Assembly (NCBI GenBank): GCA_041619515.1
Contig: JBFKDW010000001.1
Span: 15,129 to 79,128, forward strand
Direction: 5' to 3'
DNA from: Acidimicrobiia bacterium
Lineage (GTDB): Bacteria; Actinomycetota; Acidimicrobiia; Spongiisociales; SHLN01
DNA length: 64,000 nt
Shown here: piece after piece, positions 40,040 through 49,666 of the stretch
How positions within the stretch are numbered: position 1 is the first letter of the stretch
Layout: each line of letters opens with the position of its first letter
Notes under the pieces: generated by a model
What the model saw: only the letters and a program-made list of their open reading frames with translations
Told to the model about the DNA's origin: nothing
Database searches by the model: none
Program-made: the position numbers and the translations under genes

Positions 40040-41253
40040 TCGATGATCCGGTCCTGATCAACCCGCTCCTCCTGTCCGGATGAAAGGCGCTTGGCTGTGA
40101 CCTCACCCTTCGCCCATTCGTCGCCCACCACGAGGGCGGTGGCGGCTCGGCGACGGTCGGCCGCCTTGAACTGAGCCTTCACGCTCCGACGCCCGAGATC
40201 GATGTCCGCCCGTACGCCGGCCGATCTGAGGTCCGCCACCAGCTCGAGCCCGTCGCCCCAGAGGTCCTCGACGGCGACGACCACGAACGCGTCGAGGGCG
40301 GGCTCAGCCGCCTCGTCCTCTTCGAGCGCCAGCATGATGCGGTCGATCCCCAAGCTGAAGCCGACCGCCGGCACGCTGCCCCCTCCGATCGCCTCGGCCA
40401 GCCCGTCGTAGCGCCCCCCGCCCCCGACTGCGTTTTGGGCAGCGTCGAGGCCCGTTGCAACGTACTCGAACACCGTGCGGGTGTAGTAGTCGAGGCCGCG
40501 TACGAGATCCGCCTTCTCCACGAACGGGACGCTGCGCCGGTCGAGGCCGGCCTGCACCTGGTGATAGTGATGACGGGCGGCATCGCTCAGGTGGTCGACC
40601 GGGCGGGGCGCGCCCGCCAGCAGTGCCCGGTCCGGCTTCGAGTCGAACACGCGCAGCGGGTTGGTCTCGATGCGGCGTTGACTGTCGTCGCTGAGCCGAT
40701 CGGCGATCCCGGTGAGGTACTCGGTGAGAGCGCGCCGGTAGGCCACCCTCGTCTCGGCATCGCCGAGCGAGTTGAGCTGAACTTGGAATCCCTTCAGCCC
40801 AATGGCCTCATAGAAACGGAACCCAAGCTCGATCACTTCCACATCTGCTTCAGCCGCGTCCTCACCCAGATACTCGACACCCACCTGCCAGAACGAGCGG
40901 CGGCGGCCCGCTTGCGGCCGTTCGTACCGGAACATGGGGCCCGAATAGGCGAGCTTCATGGGGATCTGGCGGCCGGTATTCAGGTACGCCCGCACCATCG
41001 AGGCCGTCGCCTCCGGGCGCAACGTGAGCGAACGACCGCCCTTGTCCTCGAAGGTGTACATCTCCTTTTGCACGACATCGGTCCCCTCCCCCACGCCGCG
41101 CTCGAACAGGCCCGTCGCCTCGAAGATGGGCGTGATGGCGAGGTCGTAGCCGTAGCGCTCACTCAAGACATCAAAAGTGGCCAGCACCCGACGCCAGCGC
41201 CGCGATTGGGGTGGGAGAAGGTCGTCGGTGCCCTTGGGCGGACGAAAGCTCAT
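40009..41253 (-). CDS. hisS: Histidine--tRNA ligase
   Basis: MSFRPPKGTDDLLP...RYERPQAGRRRSFWQ...GGGRYDGL. Start at the ATG at 41253. The 207-aa upstream part of ORF 40009..41874 is a spurious extension overlapping the MBL gene. Confidence 0.85.
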   Translation of the reverse strand: MSFRPPKGTDDLLPPQSRRWRRVLATFDVLSERYGYDLAITPIFEATGLFERGVGEGTDVVQKEMYTFEDKGGRSLTLRPEATASMVRAYLNTGRQIPMKLAYSGPMFRYERPQAGRRRSFWQVGVEYLGEDAAEADVEVIELGFRFYEAIGLKGFQVQLNSLGDAETRVAYRRALTEYLTGIADRLSDDSQRRIETNPLRVFDSKPDRALLAGAPRPVDHLSDAARHHYHQVQAGLDRRSVPFVEKADLVRGLDYYTRTVFEYVATGLDAAQNAVGGGGRYDGLAEAIGGGSVPAVGFSLGIDRIMLALEEDEAAEPALDAFVVVAVEDLWGDGLELVADLRSAGVRADIDLGRRSVKAQFKAADRRRAATALVVGDEWAKGEVTAKRLSSGQEERVDQDRIIEWIHSRVRTS

Positions 41254-41897
41254 ACGAGGCCTTGCAGGAAGGGGTTGGTGCGCCGTTCGCGGCCAATCGT
41301 AGTGGCGGGCCCGTGGCCGGGAAGCACATCGATGTCGTCGGCCAGGGTGAGCACTTCGGTTTGCATCGACGCGAGCAGCGTGTCCCAATCCCCGCCGGGA
41401 AGATCGGTCCGGCCGACCGAGCCCGCGAACAGCTGGTCGCCGGAGAACAACACCCCTTCGGATTCGAGCAGAAAGCAGCAGTGACCGGGCGTATGCCCCG
41501 GTGTGTGCAGCACCCGCAGGGAGGTTCCGGCCAGATCGAGCTGCTCGTGGGATGCCAGATCGACGAAGGTGTCTGGTGGGTCGAAGTCGCCGGGCGGCAC
41601 CATCCCGAACAGGGATCGCAGTTGAGCCTCGGGAGATGCGGCCAGCCATTCGTCGTCGGGGTGAAGATAGACACTCACCCGATGCCTGCGCGCAAGCGGC
41701 CCGGCTCCACCCAGATGGTCGATGTGGGCGTGAGTCAGCAGCACCGCCACCGGCGTCAGATCGTGAGCGCGCAGCAGCTCGCCGACGCCTTCGGGGTCGG
41801 GCGGGGCGTCGACGACCACCGCCAGCCCTCCGGGCCCGGGCGCCAGCACATAGCAGTTCGTGCCCGCCACCCACAGCTCCCGGTAGTCGATGATCAT
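41250..41897 (-). CDS. MBL-fold metallo-hydrolase (glyoxalase II-like)
   Basis: THAHIDHLGG...HTPGHTPGH...D metal-binding motifs. Its stop overlaps the hisS ATG (ATGA). Confidence 0.75.
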   Translation of the reverse strand: MIIDYRELWVAGTNCYVLAPGPGGLAVVVDAPPDPEGVGELLRAHDLTPVAVLLTHAHIDHLGGAGPLARRHRVSVYLHPDDEWLAASPEAQLRSLFGMVPPGDFDPPDTFVDLASHEQLDLAGTSLRVLHTPGHTPGHCCFLLESEGVLFSGDQLFAGSVGRTDLPGGDWDTLLASMQTEVLTLADDIDVLPGHGPATTIGRERRTNPFLQGLV

Positions 41898-42063
41898 CGC
41901 CTCAGGCTATATCGACCGTCGAGTCGCCCGGCCGGGGTCGTAAAGATGCTGCCGGAGGCTGCCGACACCTTCTCTGCGGGGCGGTGACCAGCCCCGCTGC
42001 GATCGACTGCAATGACACGCCGAAAAGCTTCACAATCTCACACTGTGTGCCGATAGCCACCAC

Positions 42064-43632
42064 ATGAAGTGCGCATCACCGTACCCGAAACTGAATGACG
42101 AACGTGGGTTCGGCCTCATCGAGGCCGTGGTCGCCACTGCGCTGTTTCTCATTCTGTTGGTCATCTCGATCGGACCCATCATGTCGTCGCTCGACCGCCT
42201 CGACACCGCCCGTTTGACGACCGAGGCCGAGAAGCTGGGCGAAGCCCGACTCGAATCTATTCGCGCGCTCGACTTCGACGACGTGGGCCTCACCTTCGGC
42301 AACCCGGCCGGCGTCATCGATCCCTCGATCACCATCACCGGCGACACCGATTGGGAGATCACCACGGACATCCAGTGGGAAGGCGCCATCAACGGGACCG
42401 ACGAGGTCAACTACAAGACGGTCGAGATCGTCGTCACCCATCCCAGCGGAGCGATCGACCCCGTCCGATTCAGCAGCATCGTCTCACCCGACCGGCTCAG
42501 CGACTCCAGCAACAAGGCAACGGTGACGGTGGACCTCACGCTCATGGAGCCGACTCCGTCCGGAGTGACCCCTCCCAAGGTGTTCCTCGTCAAATCGGAT
42601 GGGGCGGGCAACGCCAACGGCTCGGTGTTCCCTCTGGCCGGTGCCACGACCACCCAGTGGGTCTATCCCCTTCTGAATCCGACCGATCCCAACGTCGGCG
42701 ATCCCAATTACGAGATGGTCATGCGGTTGGGGACCGAACTCGACGACATCGACAGCGATGGTTGGTACATCGCCGGCGAAGCCCTGACCAGCGGCGCCGA
42801 TCGATTCCGGCTCTTCCCGGCCGAGATCAAGAACGTGACCCTACCTGTCTACCGGCCGGCTCAGCTGAAGGTCGACGTGACCGACGTCGACACGGGACTG
42901 CTCATCCCAAATGCCTCGCTGACGCTGGATAACGGCGTGCAGTCCGAGACTTTCACTTCCACCGACGGGACCTTCTTCATCGAAAGCGCGTTTGGCTACC
43001 CCCTGGTGCCGGACACCTACGACCTGACCGTGGAGGCCTTCAGCTACGCATCGGAGACCCGCAGCTCGGTGGTCATCCCCGCCGCCTATCCTGACCCGCT
43101 TCATACCGAATCATTCGCGCTCGAGTTCCGGCCTACCGTCCCGGTGATCTTCACTATCGCCGACACCGACGGTTGGCCGATTCCGCTCGCAACCATTTCG
43201 GTCGTGGGCCTCGGCGAGGTCACCACCGACGAGTACGGGCAGGCCACGATGGCGACTCCGGTCGGCACCCGAAGCTGGCCGGCCAATATCACGTCGCCGG
43301 CAGGCCACAAGACCGCCAACATCCCCTTCGACTTCGATACGGGCACCCTGTATGTGGAGCTTGGGGTTCCAAGCTCGTCACACCGGCTGGTGCACTTCTT
43401 CAACGGATCCGGCGACCACTGGGGAGCCAAGGAGACGTCCGGCAGCGAGCCGTATTCGCACATCGAGCCCGATTTCAACGGAAACGGGACGGCGGTGGTC
43501 TACGCCAACAACACCCGATGGGATTTCGGGCTCATCTGCTCGGACGACAGCGTCGAGTGGGAGTGGACGAACGTCCGGGTTCGCTCCCAGACCTCGATCC
43601 TCTCGGTCGACGCCGGTGGTGCTTCGTGCTGA
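42064..43632 (+). CDS. Large prepilin-type minor pilin (class III signal peptide ERG|FGLIEAVVA; 522 aa) with extended C-terminal domains
   Basis: The N-terminus MKCASPYPKLNDERGFGLIEAVVATALFLILLVISIG is a prepilin cleavage/methylation motif with Glu at +5. The long beta-rich C-terminal region has no recognisable enzyme motif. Confidence 0.7.
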   Translation: MKCASPYPKLNDERGFGLIEAVVATALFLILLVISIGPIMSSLDRLDTARLTTEAEKLGEARLESIRALDFDDVGLTFGNPAGVIDPSITITGDTDWEITTDIQWEGAINGTDEVNYKTVEIVVTHPSGAIDPVRFSSIVSPDRLSDSSNKATVTVDLTLMEPTPSGVTPPKVFLVKSDGAGNANGSVFPLAGATTTQWVYPLLNPTDPNVGDPNYEMVMRLGTELDDIDSDGWYIAGEALTSGADRFRLFPAEIKNVTLPVYRPAQLKVDVTDVDTGLLIPNASLTLDNGVQSETFTSTDGTFFIESAFGYPLVPDTYDLTVEAFSYASETRSSVVIPAAYPDPLHTESFALEFRPTVPVIFTIADTDGWPIPLATISVVGLGEVTTDEYGQATMATPVGTRSWPANITSPAGHKTANIPFDFDTGTLYVELGVPSSSHRLVHFFNGSGDHWGAKETSGSEPYSHIEPDFNGNGTAVVYANNTRWDFGLICSDDSVEWEWTNVRVRSQTSILSVDAGGASC

Positions 43633-44264
43633 GACGGCTGCGCTCCGAAGCGGGCTTCACCATCGTCGAGGCCTCGGTCTCGGTGGTCATCATGAGCATT
43701 CTGCTGGGCGCGGTGTTCAGCGTGATCATGCGGGTGCAGACCGACGCTGCCGACCAGATCTCGGCCGCCGACGCCCAGCGGGCGCTGCGCGATGCCGCCC
43801 ACGACATCGACGTCGAGCTGCGCCAGGCCAACGCCGACGGGCCGGACGCGAACCCCGTCAAGCTGCTGGCGTGGGATGAGATCCGCTTCACGTCGTACCT
43901 CAACGCCAGCGCCGGATTGCAGCTCCATCGGTACTTTCTCGACGGCTCTTGTGCCAGCGGGTGCACGCTCAAGAAATCGGTCTATGCACCGGTGCCGGCC
44001 TCCGATCCGGTCGTCTACGAGGCAACACCGCTGTTCACATCCACGCTGGTGGAGGACCTGATCGCCGCGCCCACCAGCCCCGCCTTCGTCGGCCAGGAAT
44101 GGGTAGGGGGCGCGCTCAACGGCATCTCGGCATGCGATGACGCTACCGCCGCCAGATGCGATTTCAGCCTGGTCGAACTGTCGTTTCGGGCCGACCCGAC
44201 CCCATTCGGGGCCGTGGCGGACGTCGTCATCGTTGAGCAAGTAAGGATTCGCAATGCGCGCTAG
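43626..44264 (+). CDS. Prepilin-type minor pilin (PilW/PilV-like; 212 aa)
   Basis: The GTG at 43626 overlaps the upstream stop (GTGCTGA). VLRRLRSEAGFTIVEASVSVVIMSILLGAV has the prepilin motif G|FTIVE. The N-terminal 150 aa of ORF 43173..44264 is an artefact. Confidence 0.6.
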   Translation: MLRRLRSEAGFTIVEASVSVVIMSILLGAVFSVIMRVQTDAADQISAADAQRALRDAAHDIDVELRQANADGPDANPVKLLAWDEIRFTSYLNASAGLQLHRYFLDGSCASGCTLKKSVYAPVPASDPVVYEATPLFTSTLVEDLIAAPTSPAFVGQEWVGGALNGISACDDATAARCDFSLVELSFRADPTPFGAVADVVIVEQVRIRNAR

Positions 44265-45846
44265 AGACATCCATTCCGAGGATTCGGGCGTCGCCCTCAT
44301 CACCGTCATCATGGGCTTCTTCGTGGTGGCGCTGCTGGCCGTTCTCGTCATGTCGAACTCCGAGCGGCAGGTCGACGACGCATTCCGCACGTACCGGGAG
44401 GACCGCAGCCTGGCGGCCGCCGAGGCCGAGCTCGAACGCTATGCCGCCCATCTCAGCGAGAACGGGCTCTACTACCAGTCGAAGGTGGACGAGGCGGAGC
44501 GTGCTCGAGAGTGCACGGTTTCGGCCCTGCCGGCCAGCATCGGTGTCGTGCGGGAGCCCGGGGAGGCGTGGTCCGACCTGCAGTGCAGCGAATGGGACTA
44601 CCAGGAACCGGCCACCGGATGGTACGAGAGCCCGTTCCTGACCGCGGTGGCGGCCGGCGAACGGGTTGAGATCGCAGTCGAGGTCACACCTCCGGTGGCC
44701 GGCAGCGCCCTGCAAGTGCTCGTGGTGGGCCGAAACCTGCTGGGCACCGAGATCCGCTCCGTCAGCGCAGCGATGCGGGCCGAGTCTCTCTCGGAGTATG
44801 TCCGCTCCTCGGCCGGCAACCTGAGCTACGGGAGCAACGTCGACGTCACCGGCAAGATCTTCGCCCAGGGTGACCTCAACTTCAACACCCCGGTCGGGAC
44901 CGTGCACGACGATATCTATGTGTCGGGGCGCCTGCTGCGGGCACCCATCTTCGAGGACGGGGCCATTGCCTACGTCGGGAATCGGACGGTCGCCCAAACG
45001 CCCCCTCAGTACCTGCCGTTCGCCGGATCGCCCGTCGACGGATTCGACTTCGGAACCCTCTGGTCTCAAACCATGGTCGCCAAGTCGGCGGCCTGTCTCG
45101 GTGGCGGCCTCTGTCTCGATGCCATCGGTGACGATGCCGGAGCCCGCAGCTACCTGATCGATCCCGCCGGCGACGACCTTCGCATCTGGTACAGCACCAC
45201 CAGCTTCTCGACCTCGTGCACCAACGCCATCATGGCGTCGGATGGATCGGGGAGCGCCACCTGGAACTGGCTCGGCACATTTCCCATCCCGGAGAACGGC
45301 GCCGTCTGGGCCGCCGGCGACGTCGTGTTCGGAGATCGGGACACCGGCGGCCCCGTCGCCTTGCTCGACACCAGCATCACCATCTACGCCGGCGACTCCC
45401 CGGACCCGGGAGACGACCTGCCCGGAGTTCCCAATGCCGGACCGCAGAACATCATGCTGAACAAATCGACCATGGTCCGTCAACGCGACGGCTCGATGCC
45501 AGGCGGCACGGCGGTACTCGCCCTCCTCACATCCGGCCAGGGGTACTTCAAGCGGGAGGCCGGCGAGATCACGGGTGACGAGCTGATCTTCGAGGGGTCG
45601 CTGCTCACGCAGGGCGGAACCTTCATCGGCACCTCGTGCGGCGCGTCTGGGGTTCCCGTCGCCTTCACGATCCGCGGTTCGCTCACCTCCCTCGGCACCG
45701 GGTCGATGTCGGGCACCTTCTTCCGTCGCAACTACGGTTTCGACCCGAGGCTGGGGTACATCCGCCCACCCTTCTTCCCCCTTGTCAACGACCAGTGGTG
45801 GTGGCAGGACTGGCGCGAGATTCCACCTCCCGACTGGGCCCGATAA
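44254..45846 (+). CDS. PilX-like (PilX N-terminal-domain) pilus-associated protein, 530 aa
   Basis: The N-terminus SGVALITVIMGFFVVALLAVLV is a hydrophobic PilX_N-type segment lacking the Glu+5 of true prepilins. It is followed by a large Gly/Ser/Thr-rich domain with Cys pairs. Co-operonic with the two prepilin genes. Confidence 0.6.
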   Translation: MRARDIHSEDSGVALITVIMGFFVVALLAVLVMSNSERQVDDAFRTYREDRSLAAAEAELERYAAHLSENGLYYQSKVDEAERARECTVSALPASIGVVREPGEAWSDLQCSEWDYQEPATGWYESPFLTAVAAGERVEIAVEVTPPVAGSALQVLVVGRNLLGTEIRSVSAAMRAESLSEYVRSSAGNLSYGSNVDVTGKIFAQGDLNFNTPVGTVHDDIYVSGRLLRAPIFEDGAIAYVGNRTVAQTPPQYLPFAGSPVDGFDFGTLWSQTMVAKSAACLGGGLCLDAIGDDAGARSYLIDPAGDDLRIWYSTTSFSTSCTNAIMASDGSGSATWNWLGTFPIPENGAVWAAGDVVFGDRDTGGPVALLDTSITIYAGDSPDPGDDLPGVPNAGPQNIMLNKSTMVRQRDGSMPGGTAVLALLTSGQGYFKREAGEITGDELIFEGSLLTQGGTFIGTSCGASGVPVAFTIRGSLTSLGTGSMSGTFFRRNYGFDPRLGYIRPPFFPLVNDQWWWQDWREIPPPDWAR

Positions 45847-48036
45847 TCACTGGCTCCCGGCCGGGGTCGGCCGAAATACGTTGTAGATCCCGTCGATGTC
45901 CCGCAGATCGGTGATTGCCTGTTCCAGCTGACTGGGATCGGACAGCTCGACCTCATATCGCAGCGTGGCCGTGCGGTCGGCGCTCACCTGCGAGGACGAG
46001 GAGAGGATGTTCGCACCCAGGTCGGAAAGAACCGAGGTCACGTCCCGCAGGAGACCAGGGCGGTCGAGGGCCTCCACCTGCACCCACACGACGAAGCTGG
46101 CCCCACCGGTTGCCGACCACGCAACGTCGATCATCCGCTCCGAGCGCTCGGATAGATCGCCGAGGTTGGTGCAGTCGGAACGGTGCACCGAGACACCGCC
46201 TCCGACGGTGACGAAGCCGACGATGTCGTCGCCGGGAACCGGATCGCAACAGCGGGCCATGCGGACCGCAAGATCATCGTGTCCCTCGACCACCACCTCG
46301 GGAGCGAGACGCCGCGGATCACGCGAGCGCATGGGCAGCAGCTCGGCAACGTCCTCCTCGGCCACTTCCGGACGCAGCAACCGCACCAGCCGGGTCACCA
46401 CCGAGGACGAGGATACGTTCCCCTCGCCCACCGCCACGTAGAGCGCATCGACGTCCTGGTAGCTGAAGGCGTGTCCCACTTCCTCGAGAAGTCGATCCCG
46501 CCGGGCTCCGGTCAGGCCGAGCCCCTCGCGGGCAATGGCGCTCAGCACGTCCTCCTTACCGGTTGCCAGGGCTTCTTGGCGCCGTTCCCGGTTGAACCAC
46601 TGTCGAATCTTGGCGGCTGCCCGCGAGGTCTGGGCGAACTTCAGCCAGTCGCGGCTCGGGCGAGCCGACTGCGAGCGCGAGGTGGAGATCTCGACGATAT
46701 CGCCAGACTTGAGCTGAGTATTCAGGGCCACCAGCCGGCCGTTGACCTTGGCGCCGACGCAGCGGTGCCCGACCTCGGTGTGGATGGCATACGCGAAATC
46801 GACCGGAGTGGCTCCCTTGGGAAGAGTGATGACCTTGCCCTTGGGCGTTACCGCGAACACCTCGTCGCGGTACAGGTCGATCTTGAGGCCCGCCAGAAAC
46901 AGCTCGGGGTCGACAAAGGTGTCCCGCAGGAAGTGGATGTCGGCCATCCACGCCAGATCGCCGGGAGCCGCCCCCTCCTTGTAGCCCCAATGGGCGGCGA
47001 CGCCTCGCTCAGCCCTCGCATGCATGTCACTAGTTCGGATCTGCACCTCGAGCGGCTTGCCGGCCGGGCCGAGCACCGTCGTGTGGAGGCTCTGATACAG
47101 GTTGAACTTGGGTGTGGCGATGTAGTCCTTGAACCGGCCGTGGACCGGGGCCCACAGCGTGTGGACGACACCGAGGGCACCGTAGCAGTCCGTGATGTCC
47201 TCGGTGATGATGCGGATCCCGATGAGGTCGTGCAGCTCCTCGAACGGGTAGCCCGTCTCGATCATCTTTCGGTAGATCGAATACGGATGCTTCGGCCGAC
47301 CCGTCACCTCGGCCTTGATGCTGGCGCTGGCAAGGGCGGCGGAGACCTCCCGGGTAGCGGCCTCGATCACCCCTTCCCGGGCGGGAGCGCGTTTGGCGAG
47401 CAGCTCGCGGATCTCGGTGTTGCGTCGCGGCTGGAGAATGGCGAAACAGCTGTCCTCCATCTCGTGCTTGATCTCCTGCATGCCGAGACGATGAGCGAGC
47501 GGAGCGTAGATATCCAGCGTCTCCTGGGCGATCCGCTGCTGTTTCTCGGCGGCGAACGGTGCCAGGGTGCGAATGTTGTGCAGGCGATCGGCGAGCTTGA
47601 TCACAAGAACCCGCACGTCGTCGGCCATGGCGATGACCATCTTGCGGATGGTGGCGGCCTGGGCTTCGTCCCGGTCTTCGAACTCCACCCGGTCGAGCTT
47701 GGTGACCCCGTCGATGAGGTCGGCTATCTCATCATCGAAGTCCCGGCGCAGCTGATCGAGATCGACGTCGGTGTCCTCGACCGAATCGTGGAGAATGCCG
47801 GCGACCAGCGTGGCCTCGTCGAGGCCGTAGTCGGCAAGCAGCTGGGTCACGGCCAGCGGGTGGAATATGAACGGCTCACCGGTCAGACGGGTTTGTCCGG
47901 CGTGCAGCTCGTCCGCCAGCTGGAAGGCGCGTTCCAGCAGGGCAGTCGAAGCGTCGGGGTGGAAATCGAGGTAGGCGTCGACGATCCGTTGGAAGGCCGC
48001 GGCGGCGGTGGTCGGAGCCTGCTCAGGGATGCTCAT
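45847..48036 (-). CDS. rel: Bifunctional (p)ppGpp synthetase/hydrolase Rel
   Basis: HD hydrolase domain (HDSVEDT), synthetase domain, TGS and a C-terminal ACT. Its stop codon directly abuts the stop of the convergent PilX-like gene. Confidence 0.9.
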   Translation of the reverse strand: MSIPEQAPTTAAAAFQRIVDAYLDFHPDASTALLERAFQLADELHAGQTRLTGEPFIFHPLAVTQLLADYGLDEATLVAGILHDSVEDTDVDLDQLRRDFDDEIADLIDGVTKLDRVEFEDRDEAQAATIRKMVIAMADDVRVLVIKLADRLHNIRTLAPFAAEKQQRIAQETLDIYAPLAHRLGMQEIKHEMEDSCFAILQPRRNTEIRELLAKRAPAREGVIEAATREVSAALASASIKAEVTGRPKHPYSIYRKMIETGYPFEELHDLIGIRIITEDITDCYGALGVVHTLWAPVHGRFKDYIATPKFNLYQSLHTTVLGPAGKPLEVQIRTSDMHARAERGVAAHWGYKEGAAPGDLAWMADIHFLRDTFVDPELFLAGLKIDLYRDEVFAVTPKGKVITLPKGATPVDFAYAIHTEVGHRCVGAKVNGRLVALNTQLKSGDIVEISTSRSQSARPSRDWLKFAQTSRAAAKIRQWFNRERRQEALATGKEDVLSAIAREGLGLTGARRDRLLEEVGHAFSYQDVDALYVAVGEGNVSSSSVVTRLVRLLRPEVAEEDVAELLPMRSRDPRRLAPEVVVEGHDDLAVRMARCCDPVPGDDIVGFVTVGGGVSVHRSDCTNLGDLSERSERMIDVAWSATGGASFVVWVQVEALDRPGLLRDVTSVLSDLGANILSSSSQVSADRTATLRYEVELSDPSQLEQAITDLRDIDGIYNVFRPTPAGSQ

Positions 48037-48547
48037 ATTGAACGAGTGAGATCAGCTCATACCCGTCCAGCCGCTGGCGGCCGCCAAGAAACTCCAATTC
48101 GACGATCACGCCAACCCCGACAACGGTGGCACCGAGATGTTCGATCAGCTTGGCGGCGGTGATGGCGGTGCCGCCGGTGGCCAGCACGTCGTCGATGATC
48201 ACAACGCGATCCCCGGGCTTGACGGCGTCGCGGTGGAGCTCGAGCGAGTCGGTGCCGTATTCGAGCTCGTAGTCCTCCCGGATCACGTCGTAGGGCAGCT
48301 TGCCCGGCTTGCGGATCGGTACGAAACCGGCTCCCAGCTGCAGTGCGATCGGGGTGGCGAATATGAAGCCGCGGGACTCGATTCCCGCCACGAGGGTCAC
48401 ATCCGCCGAGTGGTAATGCTCGACGAGCGTGCCGACGGCGATCTGCAGTGCGTTGTGGTCGCCGAGCAGCGGCGTGATGTCCTTGAACATGACACCGGGC
48501 TCGGGGAAATCGGGGATGTCTCGAATCAGGTCTGTAAGTGCTTTCAC
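48023..48547 (-). CDS. apt: Adenine phosphoribosyltransferase
   Basis: Contains VVIIDDVLATGGTA, a PRTase motif. 174 aa. Confidence 0.85.
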   Translation of the reverse strand: MKALTDLIRDIPDFPEPGVMFKDITPLLGDHNALQIAVGTLVEHYHSADVTLVAGIESRGFIFATPIALQLGAGFVPIRKPGKLPYDVIREDYELEYGTDSLELHRDAVKPGDRVVIIDDVLATGGTAITAAKLIEHLGATVVGVGVIVELEFLGGRQRLDGYELISLVQYEHP

Positions 48548-48595
48548 GCGATGAGTTTACCCCTCACTTGCCATTTCTTCGGCCCGGTGCCTGCG

Positions 48596-49666
48596 TCAGC
48601 GGCGCTTGCCGCGTCTCTTCTTCGGTGGGCGTGGCTTGGGCCCACCACCGGCAGCCGGGGGCCGGGCGGGTGCCTTCTTCTTCGTCTGCTGGGCCGGTGC
48701 CGCCCGGTCGGGCTTCGGCGTCGGCGCCGGCGCAGCCGCGACTTCCTGCCATTCGGGCTCGGAGGCCTTCCAGGTCGCAAGCAGCGGCGTGGCCACGAAG
48801 ATGGACGAGTAGGTCCCGGCGGCCACGCCGACGAACAACGCGAGGGCGAACTCTCGCAGCGTCGTGGCTCCAAGAAGGAATGAGCCGACGAACAGGAGGC
48901 TGCCAACAGGCAACAGGCTGGTGAGTGAGGTGTTCAGCGAGCGCATCAGGACCGTGTTCATGGAATCGTTGATGACCTGACGCAGTGACCTGCGTCCTTC
49001 GCTGATTTGCACCGTTTCGACGATCTTGTCGAACACCACCACCGTGTCGTACAGCGAGTAGCCGAGAATCGTGAGAATGGCGATCACCGTCGAAGGGGTC
49101 ACCTCGAAGCCGGTCACCGAGTACACGCCGGCGGTGAGAAGCAAATCGTGGAACAGGGCGGCCAACCCGGCCAACGCCATCTTCCATTCGAAGCGCCAGG
49201 CAATGAACAGCGCCACCACGACGAGGAAGATGATGAGTGCCTCGACCGCCGACCGGGTGATCTCCTCCCCAAACGCCGGCCCGACTGCGGTGACGGACGC
49301 ATCGTTGGCCGGCACCCCCGCCACCCCCGCCACTGCGCTCACCACAGCCTCCTCCACCGCGGGGTCTTCGATGATCTCCGCCTCGACCCGGATCCCCTCT
49401 CTGCCGCCGCTCGTCAGCTGAACGGTCGCCGTCTCCAGACCGAACGGCCGCAGCGAGTCGCGCACCTCGGCCACGCTGGCCCCGGACTGGTTGGTTACCT
49501 CGATGACCGTCCCGCCCTCGAAGTCGACCCCGAGGTTGAGCTGGCGGGTCACGAGTGACCCAGCCGACAGCAGGAGCAAGACGGCCGAGATCGTGAAGCC
49601 GATCCGCTTGCGTCCGACGAAATCGAAGGCCGTCTCGTTGCGATACAAACGCGAGAACATGCTCAT
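48596..49666 (-). CDS. secF: Protein translocase subunit SecF (with Lys/Arg/Pro-rich C-terminal tail)
   Basis: SecF TM core, then a C-terminal tail ...KPDRAAPAQQTKKKAPARPPAAGGGPKPRPPKKRRGKRR. Confidence 0.85.
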   Translation of the reverse strand: MSMFSRLYRNETAFDFVGRKRIGFTISAVLLLLSAGSLVTRQLNLGVDFEGGTVIEVTNQSGASVAEVRDSLRPFGLETATVQLTSGGREGIRVEAEIIEDPAVEEAVVSAVAGVAGVPANDASVTAVGPAFGEEITRSAVEALIIFLVVVALFIAWRFEWKMALAGLAALFHDLLLTAGVYSVTGFEVTPSTVIAILTILGYSLYDTVVVFDKIVETVQISEGRRSLRQVINDSMNTVLMRSLNTSLTSLLPVGSLLFVGSFLLGATTLREFALALFVGVAAGTYSSIFVATPLLATWKASEPEWQEVAAAPAPTPKPDRAAPAQQTKKKAPARPPAAGGGPKPRPPKKRRGKRR

